From Candidatus Terrybacteria bacterium RIFCSPHIGHO2_01_FULL_43_35 (GTDB lineage: Bacteria; Patescibacteriota; Minisyncoccia; Terrybacterales; GWB1-40-14): 64,000 nt of DNA. The notes below the pieces were generated by a model. The model had not been told where the DNA came from. It ran no database searches and saw only the letters and a list, made by a program, of their open reading frames with translations. The stretch covers positions 85,093 to 149,092 of the forward strand of contig MHSR01000013.1 of NCBI GenBank assembly GCA_001822815.1, in the 5' to 3' direction. A program made the position numbers and the translations under genes. The stretch's first letter is position 1. The number at the start of each line of letters is the position of its first letter. Below, piece by piece: positions 47,015 to 55,483 of the stretch.

Positions 47015-48511
47015 TTATTTGCCAAGTAGATCTAACAGAGCGAACATTGATATTCGTGATGTTCCAAAAAGAAACATGGTGTCGCTGAACGCATAGTCTA
47101 TGGTGAGATTAGGATCGGGCAAATTTAAATATCTTATAGGTATGCTGCGCGAGTCGTTTTGTAAGAATGGCGCTGATTCTTGCTGTGCGGGTGAGCCCAT
47201 AGCCGATAAAAGAGGCCTAGTATCTTGATACATTGTTGATTCCCAATTTTGCGCGGCATGCAACGCATCGTTTTTATTTTTAATCGGGATAGCAAAGCCC
47301 AATCTTTTACCTTCGCTTTGGGTATAAGTGAATATAGTAAATTTGTTCTCATCCAAGGCACTTTCTAAAGTATCTGGTATGGTTACGCCCAAAGCGGAAC
47401 TATATTCCGAAAAGGTTAAATAACGCTTTTCGGTGTCGTTTTCCACCTTAACCAGCAGTCTGGTGAAAATTCCTTGCGTGCCTGGAGCCTGTAGCGTATT
47501 AAGGATAGTGCTGTTGGCTTCGCTTAATTGTCTTATGGTTAAAGTAATATCCGAAGATACCGGTATAATGCTTTCCGGGATTGGTGGGTTGGGTATTTCT
47601 TGTTGCGGGGGTGGGGTGACGACGATTGAACCCGTCTTTTGGGATCCGTTTGAAACAAAGATAAAATATAAGGCAACTGCGGCAACGGCAATAAAAACAA
47701 TAAACCCAACGATTATGATTATTTTTGCCGGAATTTTGCGGCCGGTTTTTAGCGCAGATTCAGACTGATTTGCTGGTTCGGCCATCTGCATCGCCACTTC
47801 TTGTCCCAAGCTCAATATATCGTGCTCCTTTACTGGATGCGGCGCCGGTATAGGCCTTGTTCTTGGCAGTACTTCTTTTCGTGTCGGCCCACTCATTTCC
47901 GGTGGAATGGCACTCGTTAAAATAGAAGGCGTTTCTTTATAATCTTTTTTTATGGTTTTTTCTTCAACGGTGCCGGCATCTTTTTTAATTTCCGCAAGTT
48001 CGGTGAGCTTTTCTGTTTCGGGTAAGCTTGTCTGCATCCTTCCAGACGATTCAAGTCCAAGTACGTCAAACTCTGGGATATTTTTCAATTCCGATATTGA
48101 AATTGGTGGCGACGTTTCTTTTTTGAATGGCACTGCTGGCTCTTCTTGCGGTTTGGATTTCTCGGCCAAAGCTCCTTGTAAGTCTGCCCGCGGCTCGGTT
48201 GTTTGGCCTAAACTTAAACTAAGATCAGCCAATGAATGAGCCTTTTCACCTTCAAGTCCCGGGCCCTGTTCCTCTTTGGTTGTTTGGGGTTTATTAAACT
48301 CCAGAGACTCAATTCTTTCCCCTGGTTTTGAAACGCCTTCTTCCCTTTGCCAAATATTAGCCGGTTCTTGAGGAGCTACCTTGGGCGCATAAAATTGTCG
48401 CGGTTTATATTCTCCGCGTTGGATCATAGCAATATCTTTCTGCATTGTGCGTATAGGATCTTCTTCTCTTTCTTCAACCGTATTTTTCGCTGGAACGGCG
48501 GCAGGGTTCAT
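47015..48511 (-). CDS. Hypothetical single-pass membrane protein with a long disordered N-terminal region
   Basis: Central TM IIIIVGFIVFIAVAAVALYFIFV. No recognizable domain. Confidence 0.5.
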   Translation of the reverse strand: MNPAAVPAKNTVEEREEDPIRTMQKDIAMIQRGEYKPRQFYAPKVAPQEPANIWQREEGVSKPGERIESLEFNKPQTTKEEQGPGLEGEKAHSLADLSLSLGQTTEPRADLQGALAEKSKPQEEPAVPFKKETSPPISISELKNIPEFDVLGLESSGRMQTSLPETEKLTELAEIKKDAGTVEEKTIKKDYKETPSILTSAIPPEMSGPTRKEVLPRTRPIPAPHPVKEHDILSLGQEVAMQMAEPANQSESALKTGRKIPAKIIIIVGFIVFIAVAAVALYFIFVSNGSQKTGSIVVTPPPQQEIPNPPIPESIIPVSSDITLTIRQLSEANSTILNTLQAPGTQGIFTRLLVKVENDTEKRYLTFSEYSSALGVTIPDTLESALDENKFTIFTYTQSEGKRLGFAIPIKNKNDALHAAQNWESTMYQDTRPLLSAMGSPAQQESAPFLQNDSRSIPIRYLNLPDPNLTIDYAFSDTMFLFGTSRISMFALLDLLGK

Positions 48512-48664
48512 ATTGTTTAGTATATCACGGAATTTATGGGTATAACCATTAAGTTATATAGTATGATTCTTGGTTCAAAGTCCGATAAAATACCGCCCGA
48601 CTTCTAAGATATTAGAAGCCAGGCGTACACCATAAACTTTAGCCTTTAATTTTTTAATATTTTT

Positions 48665-50902
48665 CTAGTGTCTTTGGAAACGATGCGGTCCTCTGCCACG
48701 TCGGTCGTCCCGACCACGGTTTTGCCCTTGGGGGTTGCGCGGGCGGAAGCGATCAGCTTCTTGTGTAAAGGCCCCGCTTAATTTTCTTTCCGGCATAAAA
48801 GAGTCCTGCGGTTTCAGGTTAACCCTTCCCTGGCTATCTATTTCTTCTACTTCCACGGGCATTTTATCCCCTGTTTTAACCAGCTCTTCGGCGCTGCGGA
48901 CACCCCAGGCGGCTATTTTTGAATTGTGCACTAAGCCTTCTTGGCCCGGAGCTATTTCAACCATGATTCCAAAGGGGAACATTCTCGTTACCGTGCCATC
49001 GAATTTTTCACCCGGCATGATTTCTCTGGTTAAGTCATTTATCCAGTTTAATGCTTTTTCCGCCGAAACTGGATCTTTGCCGGTTATGTAAATTTTCCCG
49101 GTTTGTTCTATATCTATCTGCGTGCCGGTTTGTTCCGTGATAGTATTTATCATTTTACCGCCAGGTCCTATTACATCGCGGATCTTATCCGGATTTATCA
49201 TAAGCGTGAGTATTCTCGGAGCGTAAGCGGATAAGCTTGGACGCGGCTCCGGCAATGCTTGAGACATAACATCCAATATTTTTAGACGCGCCTCTTTGGC
49301 TTGCGCAAAGGCGGCTTCAAGCATTTCTAACGTGGCTCCTTCAATTTTTACATCCATTTGCACTGCGGTTATGCCATCCCGGGTTCCGGCCACCTTGAAA
49401 TCCATATCACCGTAGTGGTCTTCCGGGCCCTGTATATCAGTAAGCACCTTCCAGTGGCCTTGGCTATCGGTCATCAGGCCCATGGCTATACCCGCGGCCA
49501 TTTTTTTGATGGGCACGCCGCCGTCCATTAAAGCAAGACAGCCGGCGCATACCGAAGCCATAGAGGAAGATCCGTTTGATGACAATATTTCTGAAACTAT
49601 CCTTATAGTATAAGGGAAATCATCTTTATCCGGAATAAGGGGCGCTAAAGCTTTTTCGGCCAGCATGCCGTGGCCGATTTCTCTTCGGCCTGGGCCGCGG
49701 AAAAAACCAGTCTCGCCCACAGAAAACGGCGGAAAATTGTAGTGGAGCATAAAGCGCTTCTTGCGTTCGCCCTCCATAGTTTCTATCAGCAGTTCGTCGG
49801 AAGGTGCGCCTAAAGTTAGCGCGGCCAGCGACTTGGTGTTACCGCGCGTAAATAATGCCGATCCGTGTATGCGAGGCAAGATTCCCACCGAAGATGAAAG
49901 TTCGCGCAATTCGTCTAAAGCGCGGCCATCCGGCCTCTGGTTGCCATTAATAATTTTTTCATGGACGATTTTATCAGTTTCTTCTTCCAGAACCGCCAAA
50001 GCGCTGCGTATATCAATATTTTCTTCAGAAACTTTTTGCAAAAGCGCCTTTTTTAATTCATCCATTTTTCTCGCGCGTTCAAGCTTATCTATTGAAGTGT
50101 CAAACATGACCTCCCCAAGTTTTTTACCCAAAAAAGACAATACAAAATCTTTGGTTTTTTCGTCTGGTTCGGCGAGAATAACCGAGGCCTTATTCGGTTT
50201 GACGGTTTTAACTATTTCTTCCTGTAAGGTAAATAGTTCTTGCATCGCTTTCTGCGCGACAGTTATGGCTTCTACGGCTTCCTTTTCGCTTAATTCGTAA
50301 AGGCCACCCTCAAGCATGTTTATGCGCTCGCGCGTTCCGGCAACGACCAAATCCAGGGAACTTGAGCTTCTTTCTGCCGTTGTTGGAAACATTATCCAAT
50401 TACTTTCGCTGTCTCGGCCTATGCGTATTCCGGCTATTGGACCACCCCACGGAATATCAGAGGTGCTTAAAGCCAAAGAAGCGCCTATTATGCCCAACAC
50501 ATCAGGATCATTTTCGTAATCGTAAGAAAGGGTTGTGGCCACAACCTGCACTTCATTGCGCATGAATGCTGGGAAAAGAGGTCTGATTGTTCGATCAACA
50601 AGACGAGCCGATAACACGGCTTCATCTGACGGGCGGCCCTCGCGTTTCATAAAACGCGAGCTTTTTATTTCACCGGCGGCGTAATATTTTTCTTCAAACT
50701 CCACCATAAGCGGGAAAAAATCAATGCCCTCGCGGGGGGTTTTGCCCATGACTGCGGTGACCAAAACTATCGTGTCTCCGCACTGTATTAGAGCCTCGCC
50801 GCTGGCTTGTTCGGCAAGATGAGGTAGGGATACTTTTATTTCTTTTCCGCCGATATTCGCGCGGAAAGTTTTTATTTCCTTCATGAAATTGAGCTCTGGC
50901 AA
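48665..50902 (-). CDS. pnp: Polyribonucleotide nucleotidyltransferase (PNPase)
   Basis: Two RNase PH domains, a KH domain (GPGGKMINTITE) and an S1 domain, downstream of rpsO. The true start may be the internal MKEIK. Confidence 0.9.
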   Translation of the reverse strand: MPELNFMKEIKTFRANIGGKEIKVSLPHLAEQASGEALIQCGDTIVLVTAVMGKTPREGIDFFPLMVEFEEKYYAAGEIKSSRFMKREGRPSDEAVLSARLVDRTIRPLFPAFMRNEVQVVATTLSYDYENDPDVLGIIGASLALSTSDIPWGGPIAGIRIGRDSESNWIMFPTTAERSSSSLDLVVAGTRERINMLEGGLYELSEKEAVEAITVAQKAMQELFTLQEEIVKTVKPNKASVILAEPDEKTKDFVLSFLGKKLGEVMFDTSIDKLERARKMDELKKALLQKVSEENIDIRSALAVLEEETDKIVHEKIINGNQRPDGRALDELRELSSSVGILPRIHGSALFTRGNTKSLAALTLGAPSDELLIETMEGERKKRFMLHYNFPPFSVGETGFFRGPGRREIGHGMLAEKALAPLIPDKDDFPYTIRIVSEILSSNGSSSMASVCAGCLALMDGGVPIKKMAAGIAMGLMTDSQGHWKVLTDIQGPEDHYGDMDFKVAGTRDGITAVQMDVKIEGATLEMLEAAFAQAKEARLKILDVMSQALPEPRPSLSAYAPRILTLMINPDKIRDVIGPGGKMINTITEQTGTQIDIEQTGKIYITGKDPVSAEKALNWINDLTREIMPGEKFDGTVTRMFPFGIMVEIAPGQEGLVHNSKIAAWGVRSAEELVKTGDKMPVEVEEIDSQGRVNLKPQDSFMPERKLSGAFTQEADRFRPRNPQGQNRGRDDRRGRGPHRFQRH

Positions 50903-51070
50903 CCGTCACCCACAAAGGAGTTCGTGAAAACCAAGTGCGCTTGTAGTAAAGACGACATGGTCATCTTTTTCTCAAGCATTGGCAGGGAATAAGAGTAAAA
51001 GGCACTTTTAAGTATTTGAATGCGCTTTACTCCAATTCCCTCGCGTTCACGGGCTTAGTTAATTTGAGCC

Positions 51071-51619
51071 CTAGATCCTATTGCGATTGGCAATGCGCTT
51101 AGAGCGATTACTAATAGATATTAAGAACTTTGAATTTTGTCCAAGATCCAAGAAATCATCAGCCGCCTCCTTTAGTTTTGCTGAAGCCGAGCGGCCAAAG
51201 GCAGCAACTTCTACCTGTACTCCCTTTTGCATTTTTAGAAATTCAACCAACGGGATAAAATCTCCGTCCCCTGTAATCAGTATTATCGCGTCAACCAAAT
51301 TTGATAAACGTATAGCATCCACCGCTAGCCCAACGTCCCAGTCGGCCTTCTTCATTCCGCCGGCAAAAATCTGTAAATCCTTACTCTTGACCTCAAAGCC
51401 AGCCTTGACCAATGCGTCAAAAAAGGCCTGTTCTTCGTCCATTTCGCCAGCCTTGACTACATAGGCCAGTGAACGTACCAAAAGACGGCCGGCAACGGCT
51501 TCTTCCAGGAGAGCTTTAAAATTAACTCTCGAAGAGAAAAGGTGCTTGGCAGAATGATATAAGTTCTGTACATCGACAAGTACGGCAACCCGCTGGTTTG
51601 GATGTTTAATTACAGTCAT
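51071..51619 (-). CDS. NYN-domain (LabA/DUF88-like) protein
   Basis: VAVLVDVQNLYHS...ILITGDGDFIPLV matches the NYN/PIN-like pattern. Confidence 0.7.
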   Translation of the reverse strand: MTVIKHPNQRVAVLVDVQNLYHSAKHLFSSRVNFKALLEEAVAGRLLVRSLAYVVKAGEMDEEQAFFDALVKAGFEVKSKDLQIFAGGMKKADWDVGLAVDAIRLSNLVDAIILITGDGDFIPLVEFLKMQKGVQVEVAAFGRSASAKLKEAADDFLDLGQNSKFLISISNRSKRIANRNRI

Positions 51620-51883
51620 TTATTTTAGGCCCAATTTCTTAACCAACGAATTGTAACGCTTCTCATCCTCGTCTTTTAGATAGTTAAGAAGGCGTCTTCT
51701 TTTTGCAACCATCTTCAACAATCCGCGGCGAGAATGATTATCCTTTACGTGGTTTTTTAAGTGGCTACTTAGCCGATCTATTTCTTCGCTCAAAATAGCA
51801 ATTTGTACCTCGCTTGAGCCGGTGTCGGTATCATGTATTTTAAATTTTTTGATAATATTATCTTTTTGTCTAGTAGTTAACAT
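51620..51883 (-). CDS. rpsO: 30S ribosomal protein S15
   Basis: 87 aa; [29 protein letters not shown] is canonical for S15. Confidence 0.9.
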   Translation of the reverse strand: MLTTRQKDNIIKKFKIHDTDTGSSEVQIAILSEEIDRLSSHLKNHVKDNHSRRGLLKMVAKRRRLLNYLKDEDEKRYNSLVKKLGLK

Positions 51884-51973
51884 ATCGAATGAAGCATAGC
51901 ATAAATATTGCGTATTGAAAACCCCGCGAAAAAGCTTTTGTACAAGGATAAATTATGTCGTACAATATAACCA

Positions 51974-53032
51974 ATGATTAACCGCGGCCCCATAAGCGAA
52001 TTAAAAAAACAGTTTCTTGAATATATAGAAGTAGAAAAAGGCCGTTCAGCCAAAACCGTAGAGAATTATGACCATTATTTGGAGCGGTTTTTCACTTGGC
52101 TTGTTGAAAATGTGAAGCCCCGTACCGAACGAAGTTCTGGTACTGGGGTTTCACGTGAAACCCCGTTAGAGGTCTCGCCCGCGCTTGCGCGCCCGCGAGA
52201 GTCTGCGGGGCGGGCCGCCTCTAACGAGGTGGAACCCCCTGTAGAAAAGCCTACTCTTTCAGATCTAACAGAAGAAAAGGTTAGAGCGTTTCGTGTGTGG
52301 CTCAACCGGAAATCGTTATCCAAACAGACACAGAATTATCACGTAATCGCACTGCGCATGTTCCTTAAGTTTCTTGCCCATAAAGGCATTGATGCTTTGT
52401 CCGCGGAACGTTTGGAGCTTGCTAAAACAGGCGCAAGGGAGGTTGATTTTCTTGAAGGTGAGGATTTGGAACGCATGCTTAGTGCGCCAAAAGGCAATGA
52501 TTTGCGCGCGTTGCGCGACCGAGCGATATTAGAAACCCTTTTCTCCACCGGCATGCGTGTTTCAGAGCTATGCGCCTTGGACATAGATCACATCAATATT
52601 GAAAAAGGAGAATTTGCTGTACGCGGGAAGGGCGATAAAATTAGGCCGGTTTTTCTATCGTATCACAGCAGAGAAACAATAAGGGATTACATGAACGCCC
52701 GCGCCGTAATAGTGGAAAAAGCCTTGTTTGTAAGGGTACCTCGTGGTAAGAATTCATTAAATAATGGTAATAATTTTACGCGCTTGACACCAAGATCGGT
52801 TCAGCGGTTGGTTCAACACTACGCGCAAAAAGCCGGCATAGTTGGTAAACACGTAAGCCCGCACACATTAAGACACTCTTTTGCCACCGATCTTTTGAGA
52901 AACGGCGCCGATTTGCGTTCGGTACAAGAAATGTTGGGACATTCTTCCATAACGACTACGCAAATATATACGCACGTCACAAACCCACAGCTAAAAAAAG
53001 TGCACGAAAAGTTCCACAAAGATCCTGAATAG
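51974..53032 (+). CDS. xerC: Tyrosine recombinase XerC/XerD family, with a roughly 40-aa repeat-derived insertion in the N-terminal core-binding domain
   Basis: C-terminal catalytic RHSFATDLLRNGADLRSVQEMLGHSSITTTQIYTHV. The N-domain is interrupted by a GC-rich segment encoding ...GTGVSRETPLEVSPALARPRESAGRAASNEVEPP... Confidence 0.85.
   Translation: MINRGPISELKKQFLEYIEVEKGRSAKTVENYDHYLERFFTWLVENVKPRTERSSGTGVSRETPLEVSPALARPRESAGRAASNEVEPPVEKPTLSDLTEEKVRAFRVWLNRKSLSKQTQNYHVIALRMFLKFLAHKGIDALSAERLELAKTGAREVDFLEGEDLERMLSAPKGNDLRALRDRAILETLFSTGMRVSELCALDIDHINIEKGEFAVRGKGDKIRPVFLSYHSRETIRDYMNARAVIVEKALFVRVPRGKNSLNNGNNFTRLTPRSVQRLVQHYAQKAGIVGKHVSPHTLRHSFATDLLRNGADLRSVQEMLGHSSITTTQIYTHVTNPQLKKVHEKFHKDPE
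52146..52230. repeat. Family-B GC-rich palindromic element inserted in-frame within xerC
   Basis: GGTTTCACGTGAAACCCCGTTAGAGG-(GC-rich core)-CCTCTAACGAGG. The first 45 bp are near-identical to 53783-53827. GC content is sharply higher than in flanking coding DNA. Confidence 0.55.
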
Positions 53033-53107
53033 AACAAGTAATTAAGATGTGTTCTACTAACCCGTAAGCAAAAAATGTTTCACGTGAAACATAAGCACTC
53101 TATATTA

Positions 53108-53128
53108 TAGTAAAACCCCGCAAGCTAT
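53108..53128. terminator. Bidirectional terminator hairpin CCCCGCAagctatgTGCGGGG between xerC and the Nudix gene
   Basis: 7-bp GC stem with a T-run on the minus strand (downstream of the Nudix stop). Confidence 0.5.
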
Positions 53129-53142
53129 GTGCGGGGTAATTC

Positions 53143-53718
53143 TTAAAGGCCTTGCTCAAGGAACATTTTGGCTCTTACGTAGGCGACAAAGAGATCGCTT
53201 TTGTACACTGGGTACATCCTACTGTCTTCTTTGGCCGCTATCCGAGCCTCTTTTCCGCTCTCGTATAGAGCGACTATTTCCTCTACCGGTACTACAACAG
53301 CTTGTTCTACCGGAACAGGATCGAAGTCCTTATCGCGCGAGTGGTCAACCCAGCCGCTTTGGTTTGTGGCCTTTGCGTCTCTGCCGTTGTAATAGATCTT
53401 GGCGTGGTTATCGCCAGAAAGTATTACGTGGAGCAGATCTCGATCTTCTACTGTGATAGCTAAGCCGGTTTCGTGGCCAACTTCGCGAATGGCTCCTTCA
53501 GTCGGCAATTCATTGTCGTGCATTTTGCCGCCCGGCAGGCCAAAACCACGACGTTTTGTGCCCACGAATTGGCCAGTGCTTGCAGAGATGATCGGCTCTT
53601 CCTGGTTGAGAACAAAAACGATTCCTGGTTCCTTGATCTTCTTCAAGAGTATAACCGTTTTCACGGTTATTTCGTAGCCAGAGCGCACCAGATTTTCTGC
53701 TTGCGCCTGAAGACTCAC
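53143..53718 (-). CDS. NUDIX hydrolase
   Basis: Nudix box GKMHDNELPTEGAIREVGHETGL (GX5EX7REUXEEXGU). Confidence 0.8.
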   Translation of the reverse strand: MSLQAQAENLVRSGYEITVKTVILLKKIKEPGIVFVLNQEEPIISASTGQFVGTKRRGFGLPGGKMHDNELPTEGAIREVGHETGLAITVEDRDLLHVILSGDNHAKIYYNGRDAKATNQSGWVDHSRDKDFDPVPVEQAVVVPVEEIVALYESGKEARIAAKEDSRMYPVYKSDLFVAYVRAKMFLEQGL

Positions 53719-53782
53719 AGCGTTCTCCTTTAAGTTTGAGGAACGATATTCATACTATAGCACATCTCTTACAAAAAAGCAA

Positions 53783-53930
53783 GGTTTCACGTGAAACCCC
53801 GTTAGAAATCTCGCCCGCACTTGCCCCGTTAGAGGCCCTCTTTTGGGAGGCAGTCACCCTTGACGATTTGCCTCTAACGGGGCTTGCGCGCCAGCGAGGA
53901 CCTTTGGGGCAGGCTGTTTCTAACGGAGTG
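53783..53930. repeat. Family-B nested palindromic element
   Basis: GGTTTCACGTGAAACCCCGTTAGAAATCTCGCCCGC ... CCCCGTTAGAGG-36 bp-CCTCTAACGGGG ... TTTCTAACGGAG. The 104-aa ORF called across it (53736-54050) is probably spurious. Confidence 0.5.
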
Positions 53931-54022
53931 AGACCATATCGTTTCCACCTTTCGCTTAATGACTTTACAACAAAATATAAAATGCTATGCTATACAAAAA
54001 TTAAAGAAGGAGGCACCTTAAA

Positions 54023-54271
54023 GTGCCGATGTGGATGTCTGCAGCCGTAAAGGCATTTATCGCCGCCAATGCCGCTGGTGATGAGGAGTTAAAGCGAGAT
54101 ATTCAGGCAGAACGATCTCGCATCGAACAGCAACTACAGATCGCGCAGGGTTATCGAAATACGCTCGAAGTAACGGAGCGTGACCTAGATGAATTTATGA
54201 GAAGGGTTGAATGGGTGATGGAACACCCAAATTGTCTTGGATTTTCAAGCTGGATCAGTCACCAATGGTGA
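54023..54271 (+). CDS. Small hypothetical protein (82 aa)
   Basis: GTG start 9 nt after a strong SD (AAGGAGG). Predicted helical; no recognizable family. Confidence 0.45.
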   Translation: MPMWMSAAVKAFIAANAAGDEELKRDIQAERSRIEQQLQIAQGYRNTLEVTERDLDEFMRRVEWVMEHPNCLGFSSWISHQW

Positions 54272-54283
54272 GTGAATCCGATA

Positions 54284-54359
54284 TGGTGCGCCCGGAAGGA
54301 TTCGAACCCTCGACAGTCTCCTTAAGAGGGAGCTGCTCTACCAACTGAGCTACGGGCGC
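54284..54359 (-). tRNA. tRNA-Lys (anticodon CTT), CCA encoded
   Basis: Folded by hand: acceptor GCGCCCG/CGGGCGC, D-arm TAGCTCAGTTGGTAGAGC, anticodon loop CTCTTAA, T-arm GAGGGTTCGAATCCTTC, 3' ACCA. Confidence 0.75.
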
Positions 54360-54396
54360 ATATAAGCCGCTTTCGTTTTTGGCGAATGAGCGGCGT

Positions 54397-55065
54397 TTAA
54401 CTATATCCCGGGCCTGTTTCAAGCAGGTCGACGTTTATCCTGTTTATCCAGATGTTATGCAGTTTATGTTTGAATTGCCACAAGTCGCCGTTATTTGCGA
54501 TTAGGCAGTCGGGCGAGACTTCTTTCAGGCAATCATTAACACGTTGCCCGTTTTCGTCTTGGCCGTACCCTTTGTCACGCCGGTCCAACTGGCGGAAATC
54601 TTTAAGTGCTATTGCCCCGCCGTCGCGTTCTTCTTCGCGCTTTTTAAAACGTTTGAAGCGTATCAGCTGGTTGGCCGTGACACCAATGAACACACACCGA
54701 TTGTCGGTAGCGCGTCTTATCTCTTGCATTTCGCCAGGGTTTCTCACGCCATCAATAATGACAAAATTGTTGTAGTCTTGACCGTTTTCGAGAGCCATTT
54801 CCAAAACCATTTTCGCCAAGGCGCCGGAGCCGTGAGTAGCGCGTAATTCATCCCCGATGTCTTGAAGAAGATTGGTGGTCGGATTTTCAACGCCGCGTTG
54901 GCGGGCAATTTCCCGCAACGGATCAGATAATCTGAAAATTTGGAATTCAAAACTGCCGGCAAATGGATTAGTTGCTATTTGTTGAAAATATCTGGCAGCC
55001 TCGCTTTTTCCAGCCGCCTTTTGGCCTATTAGGGCTATTGCAAAGCCAATCTGTTTTCCTGACAT
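54397..55065 (-). CDS. P-loop nucleotide kinase-like protein (CoaE/AAA_17-like)
   Basis: Walker A IALIGQKAAGKSE near the N-terminus and NMP-binding-like IIDGVRNPGE. Family assignment is uncertain. Confidence 0.5.
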   Translation of the reverse strand: MSGKQIGFAIALIGQKAAGKSEAARYFQQIATNPFAGSFEFQIFRLSDPLREIARQRGVENPTTNLLQDIGDELRATHGSGALAKMVLEMALENGQDYNNFVIIDGVRNPGEMQEIRRATDNRCVFIGVTANQLIRFKRFKKREEERDGGAIALKDFRQLDRRDKGYGQDENGQRVNDCLKEVSPDCLIANNGDLWQFKHKLHNIWINRINVDLLETGPGYS

Positions 55066-55307
55066 GGACTCACCCCAAATTTAAAAAGAACTTATCCTTA
55101 ATTTAAGGATAAATTGTGCATATTGCAATAGCAAAATTTTATACTGCGTCCCCACGAGGATTCTCCCGACGTTTCAGTCGGGATCCTCCGATGGAGTCCG
55201 ATACTCGGCCTTATGCGGAGTCATCGGACCGACTTCTAGCTTTAAAATTTATAAAATAGTGCGTCGGGAGAACCCATAACCTTCTGGTCCGACCCAGCCA
55301 CTTCCAG

Positions 55308-55379
55308 TGCCCCCGGGAGGATTCGAACCCCCAACAACAGTTCCGAAGACTGTTGTGATATCCATTTCACCACAGGGGC
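55308..55379 (-). tRNA. tRNA-Arg (anticodon TCG), no encoded CCA
   Basis: Hand fold: acceptor GCCCCTG/CGGGGGC, D-arm GTGA...TCAC, anticodon stem ACAGT/ACTGT with loop CTTCGGA, T-arm GGGGGTTCGAATCCTCC. Confidence 0.75.
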
Positions 55380-55483
55380 AGAGGAAGGAGCTGGGCTATC
55401 CATTGAGCTAAGGGCGCATATTATATACCTTTAAAATACTTGTGCCGTATACAAAAGTCAAAATTTGTTAAAAGTATCAGAAC

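Noticed and set aside
53736-54050. 104-aa plus-strand ORF (SRETPLEISPALAPLEALF...)
   Set aside because: It is composed almost entirely of Family-B repeat sequence. The open frame appears to be a property of the repeat, not a gene. The real small gene here is 54023-54271, which has a strong SD.
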